64,000 bases of DNA from Tolypothrix carrinoi HA7290-LM1 (GTDB taxonomy: Bacteria > Cyanobacteriota > Cyanobacteriia > Cyanobacteriales > Nostocaceae), in the NCBI GenBank assembly GCA_019358935.1, contig JAHHIK010000026.1:1-64000 (forward strand). Reading direction: 5' to 3'. Shown piece after piece: positions 53,287 through 63,269 of this stretch; position 1 is the first letter of the stretch, and each line of letters opens with the position of its first letter. Below the pieces are notes generated by a model that was not told the DNA's origin, ran no database searches, and saw only the letters and a program-made list of their open reading frames with translations. Position numbers and translations under genes: made by a program.

Positions 53287-54219
53287 ATGCAACAATTATC
53301 TTCAACAACAGCATCTCCCACCCAATTTTACACTTGGGAGAATTACCGCTGCGCTTACGAAGTTTATCAGCCAATTAATGCAACACCAGAAGGTATTCCC
53401 CTGCTTTTAATTCATCCTATCGGTGTTGGGTTATCACGGCAGTTTTGGCAGCGATTTTGCCGCGAATGGTATAATAAAGGTCATCGCAATATAATTTACA
53501 ATCCTGATTTACTCGGATGCGGTGAAAGTGATAAACCTCATGTGGCTTACACTCCTAGTGATTGGGCAAAGCAGTTGCAACACTTTTTACAAACAGTGGT
53601 GCAAAAACCTGTAATTTTAGTGGTGCAAGGTGCTTTATTTCCTGTTGCTATAGAATTGGTTAAAACAGAAGTAAATTTAATTGCTGGACTTGTGCTTTCT
53701 GGTCCTCCAGCTTGGGCTGTAATTACGAAACAATCACCCAAATGGCAGCAAAAATTAACTTGGAATTTGTTAGATTCGCCTTTTGGTAATCTATTTTATC
53801 GATATGCGCGACGTAAAGAATTTTTACGTTCTTTCTCAATTCGCCAACTTTTTGCTAAGAGCGATGCTGTGGATGAAGAATGGTTAAATACTTTAATTGC
53901 AGGTGCAGAAAATACCCAAACTCGTTATGCGGTGTTTTCTTTTTTAGCTGGATTTTGGCGACAAGATTATAGTAACGCGATCGCTTCCATCAAACAACCA
54001 ACTTTGGTAGTTGTCGGCGAAACTGCTTCCAGCATCAGCCAAGCAGGTAAAAATGAATCACCACAAGAACGCTTGGCTGACTATCTCGCAGTTTTACCTC
54101 AAGGTCAGGGAATCAAAATCACTGGACGAAATGTCCCACCATATGAGTCTACCGCTGAATTTGTCAAAGATATAACCCCATTTATCGATGAAGTTTCTCA
54201 AAGCGTGAAAATATCTTAA
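53287..54219 (+). CDS. Alpha/beta hydrolase fold protein
   Basis: LLLIHPIG, PDLLGCGESDKP and PTLVVVG motifs; canonical GxSxG not evident. Confidence 0.8.
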   Translation: MQQLSSTTASPTQFYTWENYRCAYEVYQPINATPEGIPLLLIHPIGVGLSRQFWQRFCREWYNKGHRNIIYNPDLLGCGESDKPHVAYTPSDWAKQLQHFLQTVVQKPVILVVQGALFPVAIELVKTEVNLIAGLVLSGPPAWAVITKQSPKWQQKLTWNLLDSPFGNLFYRYARRKEFLRSFSIRQLFAKSDAVDEEWLNTLIAGAENTQTRYAVFSFLAGFWRQDYSNAIASIKQPTLVVVGETASSISQAGKNESPQERLADYLAVLPQGQGIKITGRNVPPYESTAEFVKDITPFIDEVSQSVKIS

Positions 54220-54277
54220 TTTCATTGAATTTCGCTTTTTAACCTAGTTTTTTTGCAAAACTGGGTTTTTCGCACGC

Positions 54278-54307
54278 TTGACATGTCATAATCATTATGA
54301 GTACGCT
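54278..54307 (+). promoter_or_regulatory. Promoter with PerR/Fur-type 7-1-7 operator
   Basis: TTGACA 54278-54283, palindrome TCATAAT-C-ATTATGA 54286-54300, -10 TACGCT 54302-54307. Confidence 0.65.
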
Positions 54308-54339
54308 TAATGTGAACTGCTATTTAAGGAGCCAAATTC

Positions 54340-55074
54340 ATGTTGTCTAATAAAGAAGGACAAAAAGTACCACAAGTTACTTTCCGGACTCGTCAGAACA
54401 ACGAGTGGGTGGATGTAACCACCGATGAACTGTTTGCTAATAAGACAGTGGTTGTCTTTTCGTTACCAGGTGCTTTTACACCGACTTGTTCATCTACGCA
54501 TTTGCCTGGTTACAACCAAATGGCAAAAGTCTTTAAGGAAAATGGTGTAGATAGCATCATTTGTATTTCCGTAAATGACGCCTTTGTGATGAACGAATGG
54601 GCAAAAGACCAAGAGTCAGGTAATGTAATATTAATTCCCGATGGCAACGGTGAATTCACTGAAGGCATGGGAATGCTAGTAGATAAAGCAGATTTAGGTT
54701 TTGGTAAGCGATCGTGGCGCTATTCTATGCTAGTGAAGAATGGCGTAGTTGAAAAAATGTTTATTGAGCCAGACGAACCTGGAGATCCCTTTAAAGTGTC
54801 GGATGCAGAGACAATGCTCAATTACATCAACCCCGGAGCGGCAAAGCCCAAAGCTGTTTCTTTGTTTACAAAAGTGGGTTGTCCTTTCTGCGCTCGTGCT
54901 AAGGATATGCTGAAGCAGAATGATATTGATTACGAAGAAATCGTTTTAGGTAAAGGTGCTTCCACACGCTCTTTAAGAGCGGTTACAGGTGCGACAACAG
55001 TTCCCCAAGTATTTATTGATGGTAAGTTAATTGGCGGTTCTGAGGCGTTAGAAGCTTATTTAACAGTAAAATAA
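54340..55074 (+). CDS. Peroxiredoxin type II - glutaredoxin hybrid
   Basis: PGAFTPTCS Prx5 motif; C-terminal Grx [13 protein letters not shown] and GG. Confidence 0.93.
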   Translation: MLSNKEGQKVPQVTFRTRQNNEWVDVTTDELFANKTVVVFSLPGAFTPTCSSTHLPGYNQMAKVFKENGVDSIICISVNDAFVMNEWAKDQESGNVILIPDGNGEFTEGMGMLVDKADLGFGKRSWRYSMLVKNGVVEKMFIEPDEPGDPFKVSDAETMLNYINPGAAKPKAVSLFTKVGCPFCARAKDMLKQNDIDYEEIVLGKGASTRSLRAVTGATTVPQVFIDGKLIGGSEALEAYLTVK

Positions 55075-55179
55075 GCCCCCTACTCTACAAGAGTAGGACT
55101 ATACGAACGAAGCCCACGCAGGTGGGCTAAAATTTTTCTAGCCCGCGTAGGCGGGCTTGGTAGGCACAACGCTACACCT

Positions 55180-55392
55180 ATTCGCAATGTTGCCGGCAAA
55201 GGTAGAAGAGGAAGCGTCAGTGATGATTTGGCAATGACTATGTTAGACAATGTTTATGTCATCGCTTTCTTTCCCCCCGAAAAAATGTCTTCAGTGGCAA
55301 ATTATATTAGACCTATTCTGAATAAGTTAGGGGGGACGTGTTTTATTTCCGATGCGGTGGAATTGCTAACAACTAGATGCGTTGGTAGTTAA
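55180..55392 (+). pseudogene. 5'-truncated P-II-like (SbtB-type) gene remnant
   Basis: Open frame IRNVAGKGRRG...NVYVIAF...RPILNKLGGTCFISDAVEL...* with no start codon; preceded by REP-like palindromes at about 55110-55158. Confidence 0.6.
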
Positions 55393-56405
55393 TTTAAGGT
55401 TTTGTCGGCAACGGGTGATTTGTGAATCTGTAATTGTTCCCCGTTTGAGAGATGTGTCCACAACAGCGGCATACAGGCTTTGCAGATTGCTTCGACATGA
55501 CGATGATCGGTTCCACAGCAACCTCCCAACACGTTTAAATTCTTCAATTTATCTCTCAAATCCCGGTATTGATTGCCGAGTTCAAGAGGATTGCCGTCAT
55601 CTAATTCCGTTGCCTCATTCAGTTCTGCATGACTCTTACTAGAAGCATTGGCTCGGATGCCGCGAATTCTGTCTAACCACGGTTCACCAATTTTTAGCAC
55701 ACTTGCGAAGTGAGTTGGATGGGCACAATTAATCATGTAATAGGCAGGTGCATAGTCTGTGGCGACATCGACTTGGGCGATCGCCTCCCCCAAAGTTTGT
55801 TTTGTTGGCAATCTGCCATCGGTTTCAACTGTAAACGAGATCACCACAGGCATCCCGGCTGATTTGGCTGCACGGGCAATACCAATCGCTTCTTCGACAT
55901 AATTCATGGTGATCGCGGTTACTAGGTCTGCATCGGCATCATGAAATGTTTCAATTTGCGGTCGGTGATACTGCTGTGCCTCATCAGAGGTCATCAAGTC
56001 AGCAGGATTATAGCCATCACCACGAGGTCCAAGACACCCACTAATTACCATCCTGGTTTTCTCAGTCTCGTATTTATTCCGAATGTCATGCAGTAGTGCG
56101 ATCGCCCTACGGTTCATATGAGCTAAGGTTTCACGGTCATAACCAAGTTTTGTGCCCCAATCTAAATTTGCACGCCAGGTTGCACTCTCTAGAATAAGTC
56201 CGACTTCATAATCTCTGGCAAGAATGGCATAGGTGCGGAAGTACTTCTCAAGAGCCTTATACCCTGCGTCATACTTTAACAAATCAAACGCCGCGAACTC
56301 AGGTAACTCCAGTTTTTCACGAAAGATCAGCGTGGTTTCAATCCCACCATCAGTAACAAACAAATCACTCGATAATTGTGGCAAATTGTTTCTGTATCGT
56401 GCCAT
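55389..56405 (-). CDS. Homocysteine S-methyltransferase family protein
   Basis: TDGG, GPRGDGY, INC and GGCCGT Zn-binding motifs. Confidence 0.9.
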   Translation of the reverse strand: MARYRNNLPQLSSDLFVTDGGIETTLIFREKLELPEFAAFDLLKYDAGYKALEKYFRTYAILARDYEVGLILESATWRANLDWGTKLGYDRETLAHMNRRAIALLHDIRNKYETEKTRMVISGCLGPRGDGYNPADLMTSDEAQQYHRPQIETFHDADADLVTAITMNYVEEAIGIARAAKSAGMPVVISFTVETDGRLPTKQTLGEAIAQVDVATDYAPAYYMINCAHPTHFASVLKIGEPWLDRIRGIRANASSKSHAELNEATELDDGNPLELGNQYRDLRDKLKNLNVLGGCCGTDHRHVEAICKACMPLLWTHLSNGEQLQIHKSPVADKTLN

Positions 56406-56483
56406 TTTTAGTCTTCCTGTTAGTTGATAAGGTTGACGCTCGCCCCAGATGTAGATGTCGCATTGGAGATTTTTCTTGGTTCT

Positions 56484-56783
56484 TTACCATGCCTGCAAAC
56501 CACCATCTAGGTGCGCCACATTTTGATAGCCCCTGACTACTGTTTGACATAAGACTTCTTGCACTCCCAAAGGGAAAAGGGGAGGCAGTGCGGACCAGAC
56601 CAGCCCCCGACGGGCGCGGTCTAGAGCGATCGATGGGGGACTGGCTCTAGAGTTGGGTCTTGGTGTCGGACTTACGCGAGAGCATCTGCCGTGAAAGGGT
56701 AGGAAAAAAGCTCTCTCACTTCGGGTGCAAAAAAGAATGAGTGCAAGAGGTCTATACATTTGAGTCGCATCAGTTGCCAACAT
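56484..56783 (-). pseudogene. Rhodanese-like gene remnant disrupted by a repeat insertion
   Basis: LILFC...R active-loop-like segment and GYQNVAHLDGGLQAW C-terminal signature, separated by the hairpin element at 56582-56692. Confidence 0.5.
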
Positions 56784-57248
56784 AGCGCTTTGCTTCTCTA
56801 ATTAAATGCAAGCAAAATCAACTTATGCAATGCCTGAGATACGAATGAGCGCAAAAACGGCAACAAACTCTTATTCCTTCTTTTTCGGAGACGCTCCTGG
56901 GCGAAAATGTCCTTCTCTTCTCCTGTCACCAGACGCTGCGCGAACGAGACGCTTGTATACTAAAGGCTCCTTCATGTGCGAACGTAAGGGCGAACCTGGT
57001 TCGTTATTCCGTGAGGGAGTGCCGTAAGTCTTATGAGATATGCCTCCCGGAGTTTGGCGTAATCGTAGGGTTAGCCTAACTTAAATTAAGTGTTAATCTC
57101 CTCTGGATGATCCGCGAGATATTGATAAAAAAATTTATATTTAGAGAGATTTCAGTGTAGAGAAGTTGTATTGCGACATCTTGACAAGCCTTGACTTAAA
57201 CCTTTCATTCTGGTAATCTGAAAAATACCAATCGGTCGGATATGTTTC

Positions 57249-57842
57249 ATGGCTAAAGGCGAAGAAACTAAAGAAAAAATTTTGCAACAAGCTGCGGAAC
57301 TGTTTAATCAACAGGGGTATGCTGGTTCGTCGATTTCTGACATCATGCGGGTGACAGGATTGCAGAAAGGGGGAATTTACAATCACTTCAAAAGCAAAGA
57401 TGAGTTAGCGTTATTGGCTTTTGATTATGCGATCGCTCAAATCAAACAGCATTATCGAGTTGCATTGCGAAGCAAACGTCATGCAATAGAACGCTTGCAA
57501 GCAATTATTGACGTATTTCGCAGCTTTGTAGATAATCCTATCATCAAAGGAGGATGTCCGCTGTTGAATACGGCAGTTGAGAGTGATGATACTCATCCTC
57601 AGTTGCGCGATCGCACTCAACAAGCGATGAATTCTTGGCGGGATATGATTTGCCTAATTATCCAAAAAGGCATTGAAAAAGGCGAAATTCGCCCAGAAGT
57701 TAACGCTGATGAAGTTGCAACTATCATTATTTCCACACTTGAAGGAGCTGTAATGATGACCAAGTTATACCAAGATTCGATTCACATGGAAAGAGTCATC
57801 AAGCATTTGAATAATTACATTGAAACCGACTTGCAAATATAA
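57249..57842 (+). CDS. TetR/AcrR family regulator
   Basis: HTH GLQKGGIYNHFKSKDEL and GGCPLLN. Promoter TTGACT 57191 / TGgTAATCT 57211-57219. Confidence 0.92.
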   Translation: MAKGEETKEKILQQAAELFNQQGYAGSSISDIMRVTGLQKGGIYNHFKSKDELALLAFDYAIAQIKQHYRVALRSKRHAIERLQAIIDVFRSFVDNPIIKGGCPLLNTAVESDDTHPQLRDRTQQAMNSWRDMICLIIQKGIEKGEIRPEVNADEVATIIISTLEGAVMMTKLYQDSIHMERVIKHLNNYIETDLQI

Positions 57843-57993
57843 ATAACCTGTAATTTTATTCTACCTAAATTTTGTTCAATATTTGTAGAGACGTTCCGGA
57901 CCGAACGTCTCTACCAGAAATTAGAAATTGAATATCTAATATTTTTCTTTTTTACAGACCGATTGTACTGAAAGCCTAACCCCCAAAAATCAA

Positions 57994-58749
57994 ATGCAAC
58001 AAAAACCTTTCCGTTTAATCACAATTCCCGTCAGTCATTATTGCGAAAAAGCACGTTGGGCATTGACAAAACTAAAAGTTCCTTACGTCGAAGAAGCGCA
58101 CATGCCGCCATTTTATCGACTTGCAACTAATCGTGTTGGCGGAAAATCTACTCCGGTTTTGGTGACGGAATCCGGCGTTTTTACCGATTCAACTGATATT
58201 TTACAATATCTAGATAAAATTGTCCCAGACAACGCCAAACTTTACCCCATAGACTTTGAATTGCGCCGACAAGTAGAAGAACTAGAAGATTTATTTGATG
58301 AGCAACTAGGACCAGCTACACGTCGTTGGGGTTACTTTTATACGATAAATGATTCCAAGTTTATCAAAAAAAGATGGACTCAGGGCGTTCCTTTTTTTGA
58401 AGAGGCATTATTTCCTGTCGTTTATCCTTTAATGCGTCCGCTTGTTCGCAAAGCTTTTAATATTAATTCCGAATCTGCTACACAAGCTTATGAACAAATT
58501 AACAGCGTTTTTGAGAAAGTAAATGAGTTGTTAGCAGATGGACGTAGTTATTTAGTTGGAGATAACTTTTCAGCCGCAGATATCACTTTTGCCGCGCTTG
58601 CTGCACCCGTGATATCGCCACCAGAACACCCGATAAAGCCGCGTCCTTTACAAGAGCTGCCCGATTCGTTTGCATCAAAAATTAGTGCCTTTAGAGAAAC
58701 TCCAGCGGGTGCTTATGTGTTGCGTTTGTATCGCGATAGAAACAGTTAA
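57994..58749 (+). CDS. Glutathione S-transferase family protein
   Basis: SHYCEKARWAL, TPVL, DSTDI and FSAADITFA motifs. Confidence 0.88.
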   Translation: MQQKPFRLITIPVSHYCEKARWALTKLKVPYVEEAHMPPFYRLATNRVGGKSTPVLVTESGVFTDSTDILQYLDKIVPDNAKLYPIDFELRRQVEELEDLFDEQLGPATRRWGYFYTINDSKFIKKRWTQGVPFFEEALFPVVYPLMRPLVRKAFNINSESATQAYEQINSVFEKVNELLADGRSYLVGDNFSAADITFAALAAPVISPPEHPIKPRPLQELPDSFASKISAFRETPAGAYVLRLYRDRNS

Positions 58750-58776
58750 TTTTATTGTTTGAAATTGGAGGAATTC

Positions 58777-58930
58777 ATGATGTTGAAGTTTTATTATAAT
58801 CCGCGATCGCTATCGGCTGATATTTGAGCCAGCAAATGAACCAATACCCACCAAACCAGATGGTGGACTTGACTGGAAAAACGTGACTGCCGTTAAAATA
58901 ATAGGCGTGGAGGATACCCATGAATCATGA
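58777..58930 (+). pseudogene. Fused remnants: 5' end of a second GST plus 3' end of a HigB-like toxin
   Basis: GGAGG + MMLKFYYNPRS ending at HIP1 (58803-58810). A different frame then reads YRLIFEPANEPIPTKPDGGLDWKNVTAVKIIGVEDTHES*, overlapping the higA start. Confidence 0.7.
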
Positions 58931-60026
58931 GATCCAAAATCAGTACACGCCAGACTACGTTTCTCCTCCAGGGGAGACTCTTCAAGAAATCCTTGAAGAG
59001 CGCGAGATGTCGCAGACAGAACTGGCGGAACGGACGGGTAGACCAAAAAAAACGATTAACGAAATCATCAATGGTAAAGCAGCAATTACTCCAGAAACAG
59101 CATTACAACTAGAGAGAGTATTAGGTATCCCAGCTACTTTTTGGAACAACCGCGAACGACAATACCAGGAAGCTTTAGCAAGAAAAGAAGAAGAAGAACG
59201 ATTGCGTCTTCAAGTAACATGGCTCGACGATATTCCCGTTAAAGCCATGATTAAGTCTGGATGGATTCAGTGCTATCAAGACAAAGTTGAGCAACTGCGG
59301 GAAGTGCTGAATTTTTTCGCCGTCGCTTCCCCTGAACAATGGCAGGGAATATGGCGCAGCAGCCACGTATACTTTCGGAAATCTCAAGCATTTGAAAGTG
59401 ACTTTGGTGATGTTGCTGCTTGGCTGCGTCGGGGAGAAATCGAAGCAGCTAAGATTCCTTGTGCAATCTATAATGCAAACAAATTTAGGGAGGTACTGCA
59501 ACATATCCGTACTTTGAGTATGGAATTACCAGAGATTTTCCAGCCGGAAGTGGTGCGGTTGTGTGCTGAAGCTGGTGTGGCTGTGGTTTTTGTACCACAA
59601 CTTCCCAAAACAAGAACTAGTGGAGCGACTCATTGGTTAAATCCTGACAAAGCGCTGATTCAAATCAGCTTGCGCTACAAAACTAACGACCATCTGTGGT
59701 TTGCCTTTTTCCACGAAGCTGGTCATATTTTGCTGCATGGTAAGCGTGATTTCTTCCTTGAGGGGAAAGGTGTTGCATCTGTCGAGGATCGGGACAAGGA
59801 GCAAGAGGCAAACAAATTCGCAGAGGACATCCTTATTCCTCCTGCTGAGTTAAAGCGATTTCTGGCATCAGGTAAACAACAAAGCAAAGCAGGTATTTTG
59901 GAGTTTGCAGCCCAAATCAGCATCGCTCCCGGAATTGTAGTTGGTAGACTTCAACACGATGGAGTTTTACAAAACAGTCATTGTAATGACCTGAAACAAC
60001 GATTTGAGTGGGCATCTGATGAATAA
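58920..60026 (+). CDS. higA: HigA-family HTH antitoxin fused to an ImmA/IrrE-like metallopeptidase domain
   Basis: PPGETLQE...ITPETALQLERVLG..ATFWNN; HEAGH zincin motif; EQEANKFA. Confidence 0.85.
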   Translation: MNHEIQNQYTPDYVSPPGETLQEILEEREMSQTELAERTGRPKKTINEIINGKAAITPETALQLERVLGIPATFWNNRERQYQEALARKEEEERLRLQVTWLDDIPVKAMIKSGWIQCYQDKVEQLREVLNFFAVASPEQWQGIWRSSHVYFRKSQAFESDFGDVAAWLRRGEIEAAKIPCAIYNANKFREVLQHIRTLSMELPEIFQPEVVRLCAEAGVAVVFVPQLPKTRTSGATHWLNPDKALIQISLRYKTNDHLWFAFFHEAGHILLHGKRDFFLEGKGVASVEDRDKEQEANKFAEDILIPPAELKRFLASGKQQSKAGILEFAAQISIAPGIVVGRLQHDGVLQNSHCNDLKQRFEWASDE

Positions 60027-60260
60027 CTAATTTAATTATTCAATAGCTAAAAAGTATAGACATTCATGTCATTGGAAACTGAAAACAAAAAAATCTTTAG
60101 TTGAAAGGTGAGTTACACTAAAGCTTAACCGAACTTATCTCTACTATCCTTTTCAGCCAAAATGCTTGCCCTATAAAGAATAATTTATTACTCATATACA
60201 TACATTCCCAGCAATTTATCTTTAACTAAATTAACTAAAATAGGAATTAAAAATTTAACT

Positions 60261-61610
60261 ATGCAACAACAACCGATACAAGTGATTGGAGGTGGACTAG
60301 CGGGAACAGAAGCAGCGTGGCAAATAGCCTGTGCGGGAGTCCCGGTGATTTTTTGGGAAATGCGACCAAAACGCTTTAGTCCGGCACATCATACAGAACA
60401 TTTAGCAGAGTTGGTGTGTAGTAATTCCTTTGGGGCAATGGCAAGCGATCGCGCTGCCGGTCTTTTGCATGAAGAATTGCGTCAACTCAATTCTATAGTC
60501 ATTTCCAAAGCTGATGAACACGCCGTTCCCGCAGGTGGTGCGCTAGCTGTAGATAGAGGACAATTTAGCCAAGATTTAACCGAAACTTTAGCGAAACATC
60601 CTTTAATTGAATTTCGTCGCGGTGAAGTTACAGCGATTCCGGAGGGAATTGTCGTCTTAGCAACCGGTCCATTAACCAGTCCCGACTTAGCAGAAGATTT
60701 GCGACGCTTCAGCGGAATGGAATATCTCAGCTTTTTTGATGCCGCTAGCCCCATCATTGTGGGAGAATCGATTAATCGCGATATTGCTTTTATGGCATCG
60801 CGTTACGATAAAGGGGAAGCTGCTTACTTGAATTGCCCGATGAATAAAGAACAGTATTTGCGGTTTTGGGAAGAACTCCGCAAAGCTGAACAAACAGAAT
60901 TAAAAGATTTTGAACGGGAAACGGCGAAGTTTTTTGAGGCTTGTTTGCCCATTGAAGAACAGGCACGACGGGGTGAAGATACCATGCGTTACGGTCCGCT
61001 GAAGCCAGTAGGATTGAACCCCCCCTCTATCCCCCCCGCTTGCGGGGGGGACGAAAGGGGGGGTGGAGAACGTCCTTACGCGGTGGTGCAGTTGCGGCAA
61101 GAAGATAAAGCAGGTCAACTTTGGAATATGGTAGGATTTCAAACTAATCTGCGTTGGGGCGAACAAAAGCGCGTATTTCAGCTAATTCCCGGTTTGGAAA
61201 ATGCCGAGTTTGTCCGTTTGGGTGTGATGCACCGCAACACGTTTATTAATGCACCGCAGTTGATGTCTGCAAGTTTGCAATTTAAACAGCGTCCAACATT
61301 ACTTGCAGCAGGGCAGTTGATTGGTACTGAGGGCTATACAGCAGCATCTGCCGGTGGTTGGCTGGCGGGAACGAATGCAGCGCGGTTAGCGTTGGGTAAA
61401 GAAGCGTTGACGCTACCCAATACAACGATGATGGGGGCGTTGTTTGAGTTTATAAGTTCCGCTTCGCCAAAGCATTTTCAACCGATGCCGCCGAATTTTG
61501 GTATTCTACCAGAATTGGGTGAGAAAGTCAAGAGTAAACCAGAGCGTTACGGGCGTTATCGCGATCGCTCTTTAGCTGACCTGGCTAGTTGGAAAGCTCA
61601 TCAGTTATAG
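60261..61610 (+). CDS. trmFO: tRNA (uracil-54)-methyltransferase TrmFO
   Basis: [32 protein letters not shown] and GTEGY motifs; short repeat insertion at 61017-61064. Confidence 0.95.
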   Translation: MQQQPIQVIGGGLAGTEAAWQIACAGVPVIFWEMRPKRFSPAHHTEHLAELVCSNSFGAMASDRAAGLLHEELRQLNSIVISKADEHAVPAGGALAVDRGQFSQDLTETLAKHPLIEFRRGEVTAIPEGIVVLATGPLTSPDLAEDLRRFSGMEYLSFFDAASPIIVGESINRDIAFMASRYDKGEAAYLNCPMNKEQYLRFWEELRKAEQTELKDFERETAKFFEACLPIEEQARRGEDTMRYGPLKPVGLNPPSIPPACGGDERGGGERPYAVVQLRQEDKAGQLWNMVGFQTNLRWGEQKRVFQLIPGLENAEFVRLGVMHRNTFINAPQLMSASLQFKQRPTLLAAGQLIGTEGYTAASAGGWLAGTNAARLALGKEALTLPNTTMMGALFEFISSASPKHFQPMPPNFGILPELGEKVKSKPERYGRYRDRSLADLASWKAHQL

Positions 61611-61800
61611 GGCAATGGGTAATCGGTAATGGGTAATCGGTAATGGGTAATAGGTAATAGGTAATCGGTAATGGAATCGGATAAATTCTTCCTTGTCCCC
61701 CTTGTCCCCCTTGTCCTCCTTGTCCCCCCTGTCCCCCCTGTCCCCCTCTCCCCCCTGTCCCCCCTGTCCCCCTTGTCCCCCCTGCCCCCCCTCTCCCCTC
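61609..61800. repeat. STRR-like tandem repeats
   Basis: GGTAAT(C/G/A) heptamers and CCCCCTGTC nonamers. Confidence 0.9.
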
Positions 61801-61864
61801 CATTGATACGGTGAGTCGGATTTTGGGAATACTCTTCATGGTGTTTGTGATTATCAAAAACAAC

Positions 61865-63034
61865 ATGAAAGTGCGATCGCTTCCAAAAAATCTGGTATTT
61901 TGCGGCATTTTATGTATATTCTTCGGATTAATGCCAGTATATGCAGCACCGACTGCAAACATTGACACTTTGCGTATTCAGCAACAACAAGTTAAACAAC
62001 AGCGTCAAAATGTTGTCAAAGAACGCGATCGCTTAACAAATCTTCAACAATCAGCACAACAACGTCTCACTGGTTTAAAGCAAAATCTGCAAACCACTGA
62101 CAGTCACATTACTGACAGCGAGTTGCGGTTAAAAGTTGCTAGTGAACGTCTTCAGGAATTGCAAGCTGATTTAGGTGTAGCTGAACAGAATTATCAAAAT
62201 AGACAAACAGCGACGATTGGGAGATTGCGCTTTCTGCAACGTTCCCCAGCATCTGTTGGATGGGCAGTTTTACTACAAAGTCAAAATATCAGCGATTTTC
62301 TTGACCGTCGTCGGCAATTAAAGTTAGTTTATCAAGCTGACCAGAAAATTTTAGCAAAACTCACTCAACAAGCAAACCAGATAAACAAGCAGAAAACCGA
62401 AGTAGAAGAGCAAAAAAATGAAATTGCTTTGATTCATCAGCAGTTGCTAGCACAAAAAGCCGATTATCAAGGACAAGCAGAGTTACAGTCAGATTTGATT
62501 TTACGCTTAAATAGCGATCGCCTAGCTTTAGAAGCCGCGCAAAATCAACTTGATAAAGATTCTCAAGCTTTAAGTGTTTTAATTCAACAAAAGATAGCCG
62601 AAGCGCAAAATAAAACTAACAGCCGCAACAGCATTCTTCTTCGGGGAACTGGTATAATGGCTTTTCCTAGTGATGCTTCTACTAGCAGTCCTTTTGGTTG
62701 GCGAATGCATCCTGTTTTAGGATATCGCCGCTTTCATGCAGGTTTAGACTTTGCCGCTAGCTATGGCAGTACAATTCGCGCCGCAGATTCGGGAACGGTG
62801 ATTATGGCTGGGTGGTATGGTGGTTATGGCAACGCACTCATTATCGACCACGGCAAAGGTATTACTACATTGTACGGTCATACGAGCCAATTGTTCGTTT
62901 CCGAAGGGCAAACAGTGCAGCGAGGACAAGCGATCGCTGCTGTTGGTTCCACCGGTTTATCTACTGGTCCTCACCTCCACTTTGAAGTCCGCAGAGACGG
63001 TACACCCGTAGATCCCGCGAATTTTCTTTCTTAG
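61865..63034 (+). CDS. M23 peptidase / EnvC-like coiled-coil protein
   Basis: Signal peptide, long coiled coil, and HAGLD, YGH and STGPHLHFE M23 motifs. Confidence 0.9.
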   Translation: MKVRSLPKNLVFCGILCIFFGLMPVYAAPTANIDTLRIQQQQVKQQRQNVVKERDRLTNLQQSAQQRLTGLKQNLQTTDSHITDSELRLKVASERLQELQADLGVAEQNYQNRQTATIGRLRFLQRSPASVGWAVLLQSQNISDFLDRRRQLKLVYQADQKILAKLTQQANQINKQKTEVEEQKNEIALIHQQLLAQKADYQGQAELQSDLILRLNSDRLALEAAQNQLDKDSQALSVLIQQKIAEAQNKTNSRNSILLRGTGIMAFPSDASTSSPFGWRMHPVLGYRRFHAGLDFAASYGSTIRAADSGTVIMAGWYGGYGNALIIDHGKGITTLYGHTSQLFVSEGQTVQRGQAIAAVGSTGLSTGPHLHFEVRRDGTPVDPANFLS

Positions 63035-63101
63035 AGAAACCGGGTTTCTTAGAGAAACCCGGTTTCTGTGCCAAAAGATATGTTATACTAGAGATAAATA
63101 T

Positions 63102-63174
63102 GGGCGCGTGGCTCAGTGGATAGAGCAACAGATTCCGGTTCTGTGGGTCGGGGGTTCAAATCCCTCCGCGCTCG
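63102..63174 (+). tRNA. tRNA-Arg(CCG)
   Basis: Cloverleaf GGGCGCG...CGCGCTC-G; anticodon stem ACAGA/TCTGT with CCG at 63135-63137; GGTTCAAAT T-loop; CCA not encoded. Confidence 0.95.
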
Positions 63175-63269
63175 TTATTTTTACAGCAATTAGAGCGATG
63201 CGCTCCGTCAACGCCTTCTCTTTTCTATAAGAGACTGCGCCAACGGCGATCGCCCTAAAAGCCGAATGT

